DNA from: Candidatus Zixiibacteriota bacterium
GTDB lineage: Bacteria > Zixibacteria > MSB-5A5 > UBA10806 > 4484-95
Length of the DNA: 64,000 nucleotides
Assembly (NCBI GenBank): GCA_037441845.1
Contig: JBBIRK010000003.1
Span: 224,001-288,000, forward strand
Direction: 5' to 3'
The position numbers and the translations under genes are program-made. The notes below the pieces were generated by a model, which was not told where the DNA came from, did not search any database, and worked only from the letters and a program-made list of their open reading frames with translations. Below are positions 36,896 through 47,547 of this stretch, piece after piece; the stretch's first letter is position 1; every line of letters starts with the position of its first letter.

Positions 36896-38338
36896 GTGAA
36901 GATCATGGTGCAGGCTACTCAACAAAAACCTGGCAGCAAGACCATTCTCGAAAAGAATTGGAAATTCGATATAGATATTTCAGCGGATAGGCTTTTCGCA
37001 CATCTGACTATCACCAAACCGGAAAGCGATGCAGAGTTCGAATTTTCGGCTGACGAGCTGGTGGCGATACTTAATCGTGCGGGCGTAACTCACGGAATCA
37101 AGACAGACCAAATTTCGAAAATCATCGATGCGGGGTTATTCGGCAAAAGAATGGAAATCGCCCGCGGGCGGCCGCCGTCACGGGGAAAAGATTCGGATTT
37201 CGAAACGCTGTTTCCAAAAGAGGTAAGTAAATCGCCGGTAGTAGGCCCCGACGGTTTGATTGACTATAAAAACCTCGGAATTATCCGAAACGCTAAGAAA
37301 GGTCAGCCGCTTGCTAGAAGAATTCCTCCCACAACCGGAGAGCCTGGGTTTACGATCGATGGAGAGGAAATTCCGGGTTTGCCCGGCAGGGAAAAAGCGT
37401 TGCCCAAAGGCAAGAATACCCAAGTTTCTCCGGACGACCCGAATGTCCTAATCGCCGCCGATGACGGCGCGATCCAATTCAGCAACGATATAATTTCTGT
37501 GGATAAAATCTATAAGATACTGGGTGATGTCGATATATCGACCGGCAACATAAATTATGTGGGCAATCTACAGATCGGCGGCGGAATCAAAGCCGGATTC
37601 AAAGTAATGGCCGAGGGCGATATTGAAATCGAGAAAAATATCGAGGATGCCGAAGTAGTCTCGGGGGGCTCGATAGTGGCCAAAGGCGGATTCGTCGGCT
37701 CGGGCAGCGGATTTATAAGAGCCAAGAACGATTTGATCATAAGGTTCGTCGAAAACGGAAATATCGAGGTCGGCAATGATATTCATATCTCCGGACAGGC
37801 GCTCAATTCAAACATATTCGCCGGAAATGCCATTTACTTGAAAGGGGCGAAGGCAATCATTCTCGGCGGGCAGGTGGGGGCGTTTAACCTCGTGGAAACC
37901 GATGTCATCGGTTCAGTTCTCGGCACTAAAACGATCGTCAGAGTCGGATTCAATCCCGCCATGATAAAAGAATTCCAACACTTGGAAAACGAGTGCAAGA
38001 GGTTAAAAGCGGATCAGGAAAGAATCAAACAAGCGATTTATTCTCTCACGAAACTCGAGATCGACAACAAACTGAATAAAGCCCAAGCGGAGTCGCTGGC
38101 GCAATTGAAAGCCGTCAGAAATGATTTGCCCAAGCAGATCGAGGAAATCGATCGGCGGAAGTCAGCCCTGTTTGCCAAAATAAACGATCATAAGAATGCC
38201 AAAATCGTCGTGCGCGGTACGGCATATCACGGAACTATCATTCAAATCGGTTTGCTGAAAAAAGAGCTCATTCAAGACGTAACCCGTTGCACCTTCAAGT
38301 CCGACGGCAATCAAATCGTGATGTTGACTCACTATTGA
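36896..38338 (+). CDS. fapA: FapA/DUF342 flagellar assembly protein
   Basis: GVTHGI, IARGRPP, IDYKNLG, GDVDISTGNI, beta-helix repeats, GTKTIVRVG. Confidence 0.9.
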   Translation: MKIMVQATQQKPGSKTILEKNWKFDIDISADRLFAHLTITKPESDAEFEFSADELVAILNRAGVTHGIKTDQISKIIDAGLFGKRMEIARGRPPSRGKDSDFETLFPKEVSKSPVVGPDGLIDYKNLGIIRNAKKGQPLARRIPPTTGEPGFTIDGEEIPGLPGREKALPKGKNTQVSPDDPNVLIAADDGAIQFSNDIISVDKIYKILGDVDISTGNINYVGNLQIGGGIKAGFKVMAEGDIEIEKNIEDAEVVSGGSIVAKGGFVGSGSGFIRAKNDLIIRFVENGNIEVGNDIHISGQALNSNIFAGNAIYLKGAKAIILGGQVGAFNLVETDVIGSVLGTKTIVRVGFNPAMIKEFQHLENECKRLKADQERIKQAIYSLTKLEIDNKLNKAQAESLAQLKAVRNDLPKQIEEIDRRKSALFAKINDHKNAKIVVRGTAYHGTIIQIGLLKKELIQDVTRCTFKSDGNQIVMLTHY

Positions 38339-38540
38339 TTCTTGTTTATTCGTGCCATTTTCCCCGGAAACTTTTTCAACGGCTCCCTGAAATAATTTCC
38401 ATTGCATCACCGAATTTTGTTGAATAATCCTCGCCATCGAATCTGCGTCGATTAAGTCGAGCTCGATAGCCTGTAAAATATCAACGGCTTAGGGATGTGT
38501 TTTTCGATGAACGGTCATTTCGCCGGACTGATAATGCCGC

Positions 38541-38556
38541 GGGCATGACGTTTGCT
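38541..38556 (+). promoter_or_regulatory. Sigma54 promoter of the flgF-G-A-H-I-J operon
   Basis: GGGCATGACGTTTGCT (GG-N10-GC), about 33 nt before the flgF ATG. Confidence 0.75.
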
Positions 38557-38588
38557 TTGAGAAATTCGGGAAAATACCGGGAGGATAA

Positions 38589-39317
38589 ATGATCAAAGGG
38601 CTTTTTACGTCGGCCTCGGGAATGATTCCGCGAATCCTGAAGCAAGAAATCTATGCTAATAATTTGGCCAATGCCAATACGGTCGGTTACAAAAAGGACG
38701 GCGCATTCCTGCATCAATTGGAAAAAGCCGGCGGCGATTTAGTCACCGATATGGAATGGGAAGTGCCGATGATCGATGGTATCTTCGTGGATTTTTCCCA
38801 AGGACCTCCCCGACAGACGATGCAGCCGTTGGATGCGGCGATCGAAGGCGAAGGATTTTTCGTGGTTAAGACCCCCGGCGGCGATCGATTCACCCGCGAC
38901 GGCGAATTCAGGTTGGCCCCCGATAGAACTCTGATCAACAAAAACGGTCATCCGGTGCTCTCCGAAAGCGGACCGCTGACCATTCCGGGAGACGATATTT
39001 CGATCGCCCAGGACGGGACGATTTTTTCCGATGGTGCTCAGGTGGGAAAACTCAAGGTGGTAGATTTTCCTAAGCCATATGAACTGAGAAAATCGGAATT
39101 CGGCTATTTTTCGACGAAAGAGGAGGGAATTCAGCCCGCCAACGCCGAGGGATATTTAATCAGACAAGGATATGTCGAGGATTCCAACGTCAACATCGTA
39201 GAACAGATGGTCGATATGCTGGTTTCTTTCAGGGCTTATGAGGCAGGCCAGAAAGCTATCCAATCACAGGATGAAACTTTGGATAAAGCAGTAAATCAAT
39301 TGGGGCGCGTAAGATAA
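38589..39317 (+). CDS. flgF: Basal-body rod protein FlgF
   Basis: ANNLANANTVGYKKD, TRDGEF, EDSNVNIVEQM; precedes flgG. Confidence 0.92.
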   Translation: MIKGLFTSASGMIPRILKQEIYANNLANANTVGYKKDGAFLHQLEKAGGDLVTDMEWEVPMIDGIFVDFSQGPPRQTMQPLDAAIEGEGFFVVKTPGGDRFTRDGEFRLAPDRTLINKNGHPVLSESGPLTIPGDDISIAQDGTIFSDGAQVGKLKVVDFPKPYELRKSEFGYFSTKEEGIQPANAEGYLIRQGYVEDSNVNIVEQMVDMLVSFRAYEAGQKAIQSQDETLDKAVNQLGRVR

Positions 39318-39327
39318 GGGGAATCAT

Positions 39328-40116
39328 ATGATTAAGGCTATGCGCACGGCTGCTGCGGGAATGAGCAGTCAACAAATGAACGTTGACGTAATCGCCAACA
39401 ACCTGGCCAATGTCAATACCACCGGTTTCAAAAAATCGAGCATCGAGTTCCAAGACGTGCTTTATCAGCGATTACGGGCGGCCGGATCGGAATCGGCGGC
39501 AGGATCGATTGTGCCGATCGACCTCGAAGTCGGATACGGCACCAGGCCGGTGGCCACGCAACGGTCGTTCACCATGGGTCAACTTCAGATGACCGGCAAT
39601 CCGCTTGATTTCGCTATCGAAGGCAACGGCTTTTTCCAGGTTCAGCTTCCCGACGGAACCATAGGTTATACGCGCGACGGGTCATTCAAATTGTCTGCCG
39701 ACGGCCAAATCGTCTCTTCCGATGGTTTCTTTTTCGTGCCCAATATAACGATACCGGCCGAGGCATCCGATATCACCGTATCCACCGACGGTGTCGTAAC
39801 GGTTCTCGTTCAGGGTTCGTCGGAGCCGCAGGAAATCGGCCAAATTGAACTGGCAAGGTTCGTAAATCCGGAGGGGCTCCAGGCGATCGGCCATAATCTA
39901 TTTATTCAATCTGTCGCCTCCGGCCAGCCGATCGTCGGCACTCCTTCGCTGGAGGGATTCGGACGGATCAGCCAGGGTTCGCTGGAAATGTCCAACGTCG
40001 AGATTGTCGAGGAAATGGTCAATATGATAATCGCCCAACGGGCGTATGAAATAAATTCGAAGGCAATTCAGACATCGGAAGAGATGTCGCAAGTTGCCAA
40101 TAATCTGAAACGGTAA
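39328..40116 (+). CDS. flgG: Distal rod protein FlgG
   Basis: ANNLANVNTTGFKK...FQDVLYQ, YTRDGSF, LEMSNVEIVEEMVNMIIAQRAYEINSK. Confidence 0.98.
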   Translation: MIKAMRTAAAGMSSQQMNVDVIANNLANVNTTGFKKSSIEFQDVLYQRLRAAGSESAAGSIVPIDLEVGYGTRPVATQRSFTMGQLQMTGNPLDFAIEGNGFFQVQLPDGTIGYTRDGSFKLSADGQIVSSDGFFFVPNITIPAEASDITVSTDGVVTVLVQGSSEPQEIGQIELARFVNPEGLQAIGHNLFIQSVASGQPIVGTPSLEGFGRISQGSLEMSNVEIVEEMVNMIIAQRAYEINSKAIQTSEEMSQVANNLKR

Positions 40117-40120
40117 GCCG

Positions 40121-40780
40121 ATGATAGTCCATTTGCTGGCGCTGGCGATCATAGCCGCAAACCCAACCGATAAAATTCGACAGGCCGTCCAGGACTATTT
40201 GAACCGGCATTACGCCGCTGAAGGGGCGGAGTATTTATGTGAAACAGGACGCTTGAATACGCCGGCCGGTTTCACCGAATTCGACAGCGTGGCGGTACTC
40301 GGCATGGGCAAAGATTCCCCTCTGGGCAAGACCATTTTCAATATCGGTTTGGTCAAATCCGGAGAATTGATTAAAACGACTTCCGTAGTCGTCGATATAA
40401 GCTCGATTCAAAACGTGGTCGTGGCCGGAGCGAATATCAGCCCCGGCGCCCCTGTCACCAGCGCCGAAATCTCCAGAAGGGCGATCAAAAACGACGATCG
40501 TCGTCCGTTGAGCGACTTGAAGTCGCTTGAGGGAAAACAAGCTCGTGTTCAAATCCAATCAGGCAGCGTTATTTATGAAGATATGCTCGAAAATAAGCCG
40601 CTGGTGAACGTCGGTGATAAGGTGACAATCCTATTGAATCGAGGTCAGATAAAAATAGAAGCCTCCGGCATAGCCAGGCAAAAGGGCGGCAAAGGCGATC
40701 TGATTCGAGTCAGCAACAGTGACAGCCGGAAAATTATCGTCGCCGAAGTCGTGGATTCGCTGGTGGTGGCTTGCAAATAG
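40121..40780 (+). CDS. flgA: P-ring chaperone FlgA
   Basis: SAF-like region; LVNVGDKV, GIARQKGGKGDLIRVSNSDSRKII. Confidence 0.88.
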   Translation: MIVHLLALAIIAANPTDKIRQAVQDYLNRHYAAEGAEYLCETGRLNTPAGFTEFDSVAVLGMGKDSPLGKTIFNIGLVKSGELIKTTSVVVDISSIQNVVVAGANISPGAPVTSAEISRRAIKNDDRRPLSDLKSLEGKQARVQIQSGSVIYEDMLENKPLVNVGDKVTILLNRGQIKIEASGIARQKGGKGDLIRVSNSDSRKIIVAEVVDSLVVACK

Positions 40781-40788
40781 GAGGATGG

Positions 40789-41361
40789 ATGAAAATCGTT
40801 TTGGTTGTTTTTTCGGCGATAATTTATCTGACCGCTACGCCGTTGGCCAATGAGGCCAAACAGCGTTCGCTTTTCACCGATGTCAAGGCTCATAAGGTCG
40901 GCGATCTGATCACGGTATTGATCGTGGAGGATTCGCGGGCGGCTAACAAAGCTAAGACCAGCACCCAGAAAAAGACCGACGCCAGCACATCGGGAAGCGC
41001 CGGAATCGGACCGCTCGACTTCATTCCGGCCTGGGGAGCCTCGGGCGGTGACGAGATTCAATTCGACGGCCAAGGGCAGACGGAAAAAGCCGGTTTGATC
41101 AGGGCCAAAATGACCGTGTCGGTGATTCATATTCGGGAGAACGGGGACCTGGTAATCGAGGGAACGCGCGCGGTTACGATAAACGATGAGCAGGAGCTGC
41201 TGTTTCTATCCGGCGTCGTCAGATCCAGAGATATTTCGCAGGATAATACGATTTATTCTTATCAAATAGCCGATGCCCAGATATCGACCAAAAGCAAAGG
41301 CGGCATCACCGAAGGACATCGGCCGGGAATTTTCACCCGCCTTCTGAACTGGCTGTTTTGA
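40789..41361 (+). CDS. flgH: L-ring protein FlgH
   Basis: LFTDVKAHKVGDLITVLIVE, NGDLVIEG, SGVVRSRDISQDNTIYS.QIADAQI; ATG 40789 follows AGGAGG. Confidence 0.95.
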   Translation: MKIVLVVFSAIIYLTATPLANEAKQRSLFTDVKAHKVGDLITVLIVEDSRAANKAKTSTQKKTDASTSGSAGIGPLDFIPAWGASGGDEIQFDGQGQTEKAGLIRAKMTVSVIHIRENGDLVIEGTRAVTINDEQELLFLSGVVRSRDISQDNTIYSYQIADAQISTKSKGGITEGHRPGIFTRLLNWLF

Positions 41362-41362
41362 C

Positions 41363-42463
41363 ATGAAAAAGATAATCTGTGCATTCTTGATTCTTGTTGC
41401 GGCGGCATCAGCCGCGGGGGTGACGGTCCGGGTCAAGGATATCGCCCAATTTCAAGCTGATAATAGGATACCTTTGATCGGTTATGGGCTGGTCGTCGGT
41501 CTTGATGGCACCGGCGATTCGAAAGGAACTCAGTTCACGATCCAATCGCTGGTCAATATGATGGAACGTCTTGGGGTAACGGTCGAGAAAAATCAGGTCA
41601 AGGTCAAGAATGTCGCCGCGGTGATGGTGACCGCCGAATTGGCCAGCCACATGTCGGTCGGCACGCGATTCGACGTCACCGTATCGTCGCTCGGAGACGC
41701 ATCGTCGTTACAGGGCGGCACGCTGCTATACACTCCGTTGGCGGATGCGGCCGGCGTCGTCTATGGTTCGGCCCAAGGTGCCGTATCGATCGGCGGATTC
41801 AACGTCAGCACGGGCGGGGGAGATAAGTTTATCAATAATTATACGCTCGTGGGCAGAGTGCCCGGAGGCGGCCTGATCGACAGGCAATTGGGTCTATCGG
41901 AGCCATCGAAAAAACTGAGACTGCGCCTGACAATCCCGGATTACACTACGATCAGCCGTCTGCAGGATAAGTTGCGGCTGCAATATCCTCAGCTTTCCCC
42001 ACAGGCGCTCGATGAGGCCAATATCGAGCTTACATTGCCCGATACGGGCAAATACGCCGGTTCCCCGGTGAACCTGATCGCCGAAATCGAAAATATGAAT
42101 ATCGAGCCGGACATATCGGCCCGGGTCGTTATTAACGAGAAGACCGGGACGATCGTCGCTGGCGAGCACGTAACCATCTCTTCGGTGATGCTGGCCCATG
42201 GCAATCTCAATATCGAAATTCAAGCGACGCCGCTGGTTTCGCAGCCGGAATCATTTTCGCAGGGGAAGACGGTGTTGACCCGCGATCAGCAATTGACGGT
42301 TCAGCCGGAAACGGCGCGGATCATGCATATTGAACAACAGGCTAATATAGGAGATCTGGCAAAAGCGCTCAACGATATCGGAGCGACGCCCCGGGACATT
42401 ATCGCCATATTTCAGGCCCTAAAGGCCGCCGGGTCGCTCAGAGCTGAATTGGTGATCATGTAG
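41363..42463 (+). CDS. flgI: P-ring protein FlgI
   Basis: RVKDIA, LIGYGLVVGLDGTGD, KNVAAVMVTA, ALKAAGSLRAEL. Confidence 0.98.
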   Translation: MKKIICAFLILVAAASAAGVTVRVKDIAQFQADNRIPLIGYGLVVGLDGTGDSKGTQFTIQSLVNMMERLGVTVEKNQVKVKNVAAVMVTAELASHMSVGTRFDVTVSSLGDASSLQGGTLLYTPLADAAGVVYGSAQGAVSIGGFNVSTGGGDKFINNYTLVGRVPGGGLIDRQLGLSEPSKKLRLRLTIPDYTTISRLQDKLRLQYPQLSPQALDEANIELTLPDTGKYAGSPVNLIAEIENMNIEPDISARVVINEKTGTIVAGEHVTISSVMLAHGNLNIEIQATPLVSQPESFSQGKTVLTRDQQLTVQPETARIMHIEQQANIGDLAKALNDIGATPRDIIAIFQALKAAGSLRAELVIM

Positions 42464-42470
42464 GCGGGTT

Positions 42471-43382
42471 ATGGGCGATATTTCAATTAATAAAAGCGCC
42501 GCATCACTAAATGCCATCAAAGGCGCAGCCGCCGAAACCGAAACGAAGCTTCTCAAGCTGAAGAAAGCATGCCAAGATTTCGAATCGATCTTCATCTACT
42601 ATATGCTCAAGACCATGCGGTCGGCCAGCGCCTCTTCGACACTTTTCGGTAAAGGCATGGGCGCTGAAATTTTCATGCAGATGTTCGACCAGGGATTGTC
42701 TGAGAAAATGGCCGCCTCGGGACAATTGGGAATATGGCAGAATCTTTACAATAAATATTCAGCCCACGTAGCTCCCAATAGGGAGAACGAACGAAACGCA
42801 AAGCCGACGACCACGGATATCATCGATTCGACATCCCGGCCGCCGATAACGATTCCTCCTTCGTCGGCGACAGGCGTCCCATCGACGCTTTCTGCCGCCA
42901 CTCCGCGACCAGTGGAAGAAGTTGCGCCCGAGCCGGATGCCAGCCGCGTGGCGATCGCCGAACAGTCGAAGCCATCGGCTTTGGAAGATTACGACAGCAT
43001 CATAATCGAGGCTGCGAAAAAACATGAGGTCGATCCGCATTTAATCCGGGCGGTGATAATGCAGGAATCGGGGGGAAACGCACAGGCGGTTTCCTCCAAG
43101 GGAGCCAAGGGATTGATGCAATTGATGGATGGCACCGCCGCGATGCTCGGAGTCACCGATCCTTTCGATGTCCGGCAAAATATTTTCGGCGGGGTGAAAT
43201 ATCTATCGTTGATGTTGAAAAAATTCGGCGGCGATATAAAGAAGGCCTTAGCGGCTTACAATGCCGGGCCGGGAGCGGTCGAAAAATACGGCGGCATTCC
43301 GCCCTATGAGCAAACACGGAAATATGTGACGGCGGTTGTGGAGCGCTTTTCCGGGTTATTTAATTCAAACAATTCCCGATAA
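42471..43382 (+). CDS. flgJ: FlgJ-type rod-binding domain fused to an SLT lytic transglycosylase
   Basis: LKKACQDFESIF..MLKTMR; C-terminal QESGG, GLMQLM, ALAAYNAG. Confidence 0.88.
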   Translation: MGDISINKSAASLNAIKGAAAETETKLLKLKKACQDFESIFIYYMLKTMRSASASSTLFGKGMGAEIFMQMFDQGLSEKMAASGQLGIWQNLYNKYSAHVAPNRENERNAKPTTTDIIDSTSRPPITIPPSSATGVPSTLSAATPRPVEEVAPEPDASRVAIAEQSKPSALEDYDSIIIEAAKKHEVDPHLIRAVIMQESGGNAQAVSSKGAKGLMQLMDGTAAMLGVTDPFDVRQNIFGGVKYLSLMLKKFGGDIKKALAAYNAGPGAVEKYGGIPPYEQTRKYVTAVVERFSGLFNSNNSR

Positions 43383-43391
43383 TCATTAACG

Positions 43392-43892
43392 ATGGAAACG
43401 ATGGACGACTCCACGAAAAATCTGGCCGAAATTCTTGGCAGCGAACTCGAAATATTCGACAGGTTCCTGCGCCTGCTCGATGAACAGCATCGTTGCCTGA
43501 TAAAAAGCGATATCGAGGCCCTGAACAGAGTGAATTCCGAATTGGAAGGATTGTCCAATCAGGCCGACCAGTTCGAGTTCCGGCGTCAGGAGATCGCCAG
43601 AGAAGTCGCCTCAAGACTTAATATCGATGGCGACCGACCTAACCTGAACGGAATAATCGAAAAGCTCGATTCGCTTTCGCGAAATCGGTTGCAAGACTTG
43701 CGCAATTCAATTCTCGATGTTCACAAGAAAGTCGAGCAAAAAAGCCGCAGAAACAGATTCCTAATCGACAGGTCGCGAAATCTTATCGCGGAATCGATGC
43801 GACTTATAGCCGATAGGCCGGCACCTACTTATTCGAAAAATCCTGCGAACGCCAGAAACGGTGAGGGCGTCGTCCTGGATAGGTCGGCATAG
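43392..43892 (+). CDS. flgN: Export chaperone FlgN
   Basis: Helical; N..LI, PTYS, LDRSA; directly before flgK. A sigma28-like CCCGATAA lies at 43375-43382. Confidence 0.8.
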   Translation: METMDDSTKNLAEILGSELEIFDRFLRLLDEQHRCLIKSDIEALNRVNSELEGLSNQADQFEFRRQEIAREVASRLNIDGDRPNLNGIIEKLDSLSRNRLQDLRNSILDVHKKVEQKSRRNRFLIDRSRNLIAESMRLIADRPAPTYSKNPANARNGEGVVLDRSA

Positions 43893-43900
43893 GGAGCCAA

Positions 43901-45295
43901 ATGTACGGAATAAACGTAGGATTCGAAATCGGCAAGCGGGCGCTATTGGCGCAGCAGTATTCGCTCAATCTTACCGGCCATAACATTTCCAACGTAAACA
44001 CGCCGGGATTCACCAGGCAGCAATCGGTCATGACTTCGACTCAACCGTTCGTCGCCGCCAACGGCATTTTCGGTACGGGCGTGGATGTGGTGTCGGTCAG
44101 GCAGCTGCGATCGATATTCCTCGATAAACAATATCGTCAAGAGAGCCAGAATCTCGGCCGCTGGCAATCGTTGGCCAAAGGCTGGGGGCAGATTGAAACC
44201 ATCTATATGGAACCATCGGATACCGGTTTCGGCGCTGTGCTCGATAAATTTTGGAGCTCCTGGCAGGACCTGGCGGCAAACCCCGATGAGCGGGCGGCCA
44301 GAGTCGAAGTCCGTGAGCAGGCCGGCCGCCTGATCAATTCGTTGAAGCATTATTCCAAGCAATTGCGGGAATTCAGTACGGCAATCGATGATGATATTCA
44401 AAAAAGAGTCGAGGACATCAATAATATAGGCCGCCAATTGGCATCGCTGAATGAAGCGATCACCACTACCGAATTGACCGGGCATAGGGCCAATGACCTG
44501 CGCGATCGGCGAAACTATTTGATCGACGAATTATCGAATTACGTCAACGTCCAAGTAATCGAACAACCATCGGGGTCCTACACCGTGATGATCGGCTCGA
44601 TGGCACTGGTCGATCGCAACGAGGTTTCGGAACTCGAGACCACGGTTGTCGGTGAAGGCAGTGATGTGATTCATGAACTGCGTTTCAAGAATTCGCAGGT
44701 CAAACCGGAAATCACCAGGGGAGAGCTTTCCGGACTGATGGAGCTGAGGGATGAAGTTATAGCCGAAAGATTGGCTGAACTCGATGAAATGGCGGTTTCA
44801 CTTGCGCGCAGTGTCAATGAGATTCACCGTCTCGGATACGGCATCGATGGCGTCTCCGGCAGGGACTTTTTCGACCCGGCGACTACCGGAGCCGATGATA
44901 TCGAACTAGCCGAAAACATTCTTCGGGATACGTCGACGATCGCAGCTTCGGGCAATGGTGCGATAGGCGATAACGCCAACGCCCTGGCGATAGCCGCATT
45001 GCGCACGCAGCCGACTATGCGCAACGGAACGGCCAGCATCGGCGATTTTTACAATTCCGTGGTCGGTATCGTCGGAGTTCGCAGCCGTGAGGCTCAGAAT
45101 ATGCTGGAGAACCAGGAATCGCTCGTCGCTCATATCGAGGAAAATCGACAGGCGCTGATGGGGGTATCGCTTGACGAGGAATTGACCAACATGATTCGCT
45201 ACCAGCATGCTTACGAGGCGGCGGCAAGAGTTATCACAACCATGGATACGGCTTTGGATACGGTGATCAATAACATGGGTATCGTCGGACGCTGA
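43901..45295 (+). CDS. flgK: Hook-associated protein FlgK
   Basis: [47 protein letters not shown]. Confidence 0.97.
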   Translation: MYGINVGFEIGKRALLAQQYSLNLTGHNISNVNTPGFTRQQSVMTSTQPFVAANGIFGTGVDVVSVRQLRSIFLDKQYRQESQNLGRWQSLAKGWGQIETIYMEPSDTGFGAVLDKFWSSWQDLAANPDERAARVEVREQAGRLINSLKHYSKQLREFSTAIDDDIQKRVEDINNIGRQLASLNEAITTTELTGHRANDLRDRRNYLIDELSNYVNVQVIEQPSGSYTVMIGSMALVDRNEVSELETTVVGEGSDVIHELRFKNSQVKPEITRGELSGLMELRDEVIAERLAELDEMAVSLARSVNEIHRLGYGIDGVSGRDFFDPATTGADDIELAENILRDTSTIAASGNGAIGDNANALAIAALRTQPTMRNGTASIGDFYNSVVGIVGVRSREAQNMLENQESLVAHIEENRQALMGVSLDEELTNMIRYQHAYEAAARVITTMDTALDTVINNMGIVGR

Positions 45296-45321
45296 GCCGG
45301 CGACTGAAGACGGAGATTACG

Positions 45322-45579
45322 GTGCTGATCCTGACAAGGAAGTTGGGTGAATCAATCACGATCACCGAAAATATCAAAATAACCGTGCTGGGGATCGCCG
45401 GCAAACAGGTTAAGCTGGGCATATCGGCACCGGATAATGTTTCGGTTCACCGCGAGGAGATATTCAATAAAATAAAACAGGAAAATCTGCAGGCGCTGGC
45501 CGTCGTTCAAGATGATCTCAAGGAAGCGGCGCGGATTTTGAAGGCCAAGAAAACGGGTGGCAAATCTGCCAGGCAATGA
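45322..45579 (+). CDS. csrA: Carbon storage regulator CsrA
   Basis: [21 protein letters not shown]...VHREEI, plus a C-terminal ENxxA extension typical of FliW-regulated CsrA. Confidence 0.97.
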   Translation: MLILTRKLGESITITENIKITVLGIAGKQVKLGISAPDNVSVHREEIFNKIKQENLQALAVVQDDLKEAARILKAKKTGGKSARQ

Positions 45580-45615
45580 GCAATAGCGAAAACAAAGTGA
45601 AAATCGGGCTGAAAA

Positions 45616-47535
45616 ATGAGGATAACGAATAAAATCATTACCGATCGGATCATCATGAATCTTGCCGGATCGGCGTCCCGTTTCCTCAAACTGCAAACGG
45701 CCTCGTCTTCGGGAAAAAGAATCAATCGTCCCTCCGACGATCCTCTCGGAATTATCAAAGACCTCGGATATCGATCGCGATTGTCCGATGTCAATCAATT
45801 TTACTTGAATATTTCTCATTCCAAATCGTGGCTGGCGTACGGAGACCAGGCGTTGAACGATATCAATGGCTTCATAGTGGAGGCCAAAGACCTGGCCACG
45901 CAGCTCGGCAACGACACTTACGACGAGAACGCGAGAATATCGGGCGCCACCCAGGCCCGCGAGCTGTTCGATCAAATCTTGAATGCGGCGAACACGCAGT
46001 ACAGAAATCGTTACATATTCGGCGGATCCAAGACCAATGTGCCGCCCATTCTGGCAACGGCCGCGGGGATCATTTATCAGGGCGATTACCGAGATATAAT
46101 GATGGAGATCGAAAACGGCTCCTATCTGAAAATAAATTCGTTCGCCAGGGATTTCATAACCAAGCCGGTGCTGACTCTCGGAGAAAATTTCGATCTCAAC
46201 CCCGGTATTCAACCGAACATGTGGTTGAGCGAATTGAACAACGGCGATGGAATCACCATGGGGAACGGGCAATTCGTAATAAATACATTGAACGGCAGCT
46301 ATACGATTGACGTTACGGCGGCGGTCAATATTCAGCACGTTCTTGACGCTATCAACGGGGCTGGAATATTCAATCTCACCGCCTCGATTTCAAGCAACGG
46401 CAACAGCCTGCAAATAGAAGATACATCGCCTCATCAGATCACTCTTGCGACGCCTTTGGCGATGCTGAACAAAGGAACCGGCGTATCTCAAGTTCCGGGC
46501 ACTTTCGTCATCCGCACTTCGGATGGCTCGCTTTCGGCGACGATCGATATTTCCGCGGCAGCGACCGTGGGAGATGTGATTACCGCGATCAACAACGGCC
46601 TTGCCGCTGCCGGAATTAACAACGTTACGGCCTCGATTCATCCTTCTGAAAACCGCCTGGTGATCACCGATAGCAACGCCACTTCCTACAATCTTGTGAT
46701 CGAGGAAGCCGGCGGCAACCAGAAGACGGCCGCCGATCTCGGTATTGCCGGTGAAATGGTGGGAGTGATGGAAGGCCAATTGCTCAATCCAATGCATATA
46801 AAGATAACTGAGTCGGCTGCCGGCCAAACCCTGGCCGCCGATCTCGGTCTTCTTAAAGAGACCGAATTCGAGGCCTTGATCGGAGGCGATTTGAATCCTC
46901 GCCTCAATTACTTCACGCTGTTATCGAGTCTGAACAACAACAGCGGTATTACGCTGGGCAAAATCAGAATAACCAACGGGCTCGAATCTACGGATATCGA
47001 TCTTTCGCCGCTCGGCACAGACCCCAATGCCACCATATTGGATTTAGTGGATATGATCAATCGATCTGGGATTGGAGTTTCGGCCTATATAAACCCCGGA
47101 CGCACCGGCATCATGGTCAGGTCCCGCTACGACGATCGATCGCTGATGATAACCGAAGCGGACAGCGGCCGCACGGCCTCGGCGTTGGGGATTTTCGGAT
47201 CACCGGATCTGCTCGGCAATATGAGGATACTGGAACAAGCGCTGATGCGCAATCGGACGGAAGAGATCAATTCCACGCTGAAGACTTTCGATCTGTCGCT
47301 TAGTCAGCTGCTTACCAATCGTTCGGAACTTGGGGCAAGGGAGATTACCGCCGATTCCGCACGCACGCGGATGGAAACTCAGGAGCTCGAAGTCACGCGG
47401 CAATTATCCGAGATCGAAGATGCCGATATATTGAAAGTGATCACCGATCTGGCCACCGCCGAGACGATTTATAAGACATCGCTTGCCTCGGCGGCCAGAA
47501 TAATTCAACCGTCGTTGCTCGATTTTCTACGGTGA
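45616..47535 (+). CDS. flgL: Hook-associated protein FlgL, enlarged (639 aa)
   Basis: MRIT, SSGKRINRPSDDP, RYIFGG, LSEIEDAD, IIQPSLLDFLR. Confidence 0.95.
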   Translation: MRITNKIITDRIIMNLAGSASRFLKLQTASSSGKRINRPSDDPLGIIKDLGYRSRLSDVNQFYLNISHSKSWLAYGDQALNDINGFIVEAKDLATQLGNDTYDENARISGATQARELFDQILNAANTQYRNRYIFGGSKTNVPPILATAAGIIYQGDYRDIMMEIENGSYLKINSFARDFITKPVLTLGENFDLNPGIQPNMWLSELNNGDGITMGNGQFVINTLNGSYTIDVTAAVNIQHVLDAINGAGIFNLTASISSNGNSLQIEDTSPHQITLATPLAMLNKGTGVSQVPGTFVIRTSDGSLSATIDISAAATVGDVITAINNGLAAAGINNVTASIHPSENRLVITDSNATSYNLVIEEAGGNQKTAADLGIAGEMVGVMEGQLLNPMHIKITESAAGQTLAADLGLLKETEFEALIGGDLNPRLNYFTLLSSLNNNSGITLGKIRITNGLESTDIDLSPLGTDPNATILDLVDMINRSGIGVSAYINPGRTGIMVRSRYDDRSLMITEADSGRTASALGIFGSPDLLGNMRILEQALMRNRTEEINSTLKTFDLSLSQLLTNRSELGAREITADSARTRMETQELEVTRQLSEIEDADILKVITDLATAETIYKTSLASAARIIQPSLLDFLR

Positions 47536-47547
47536 CGGAGGGATAAA

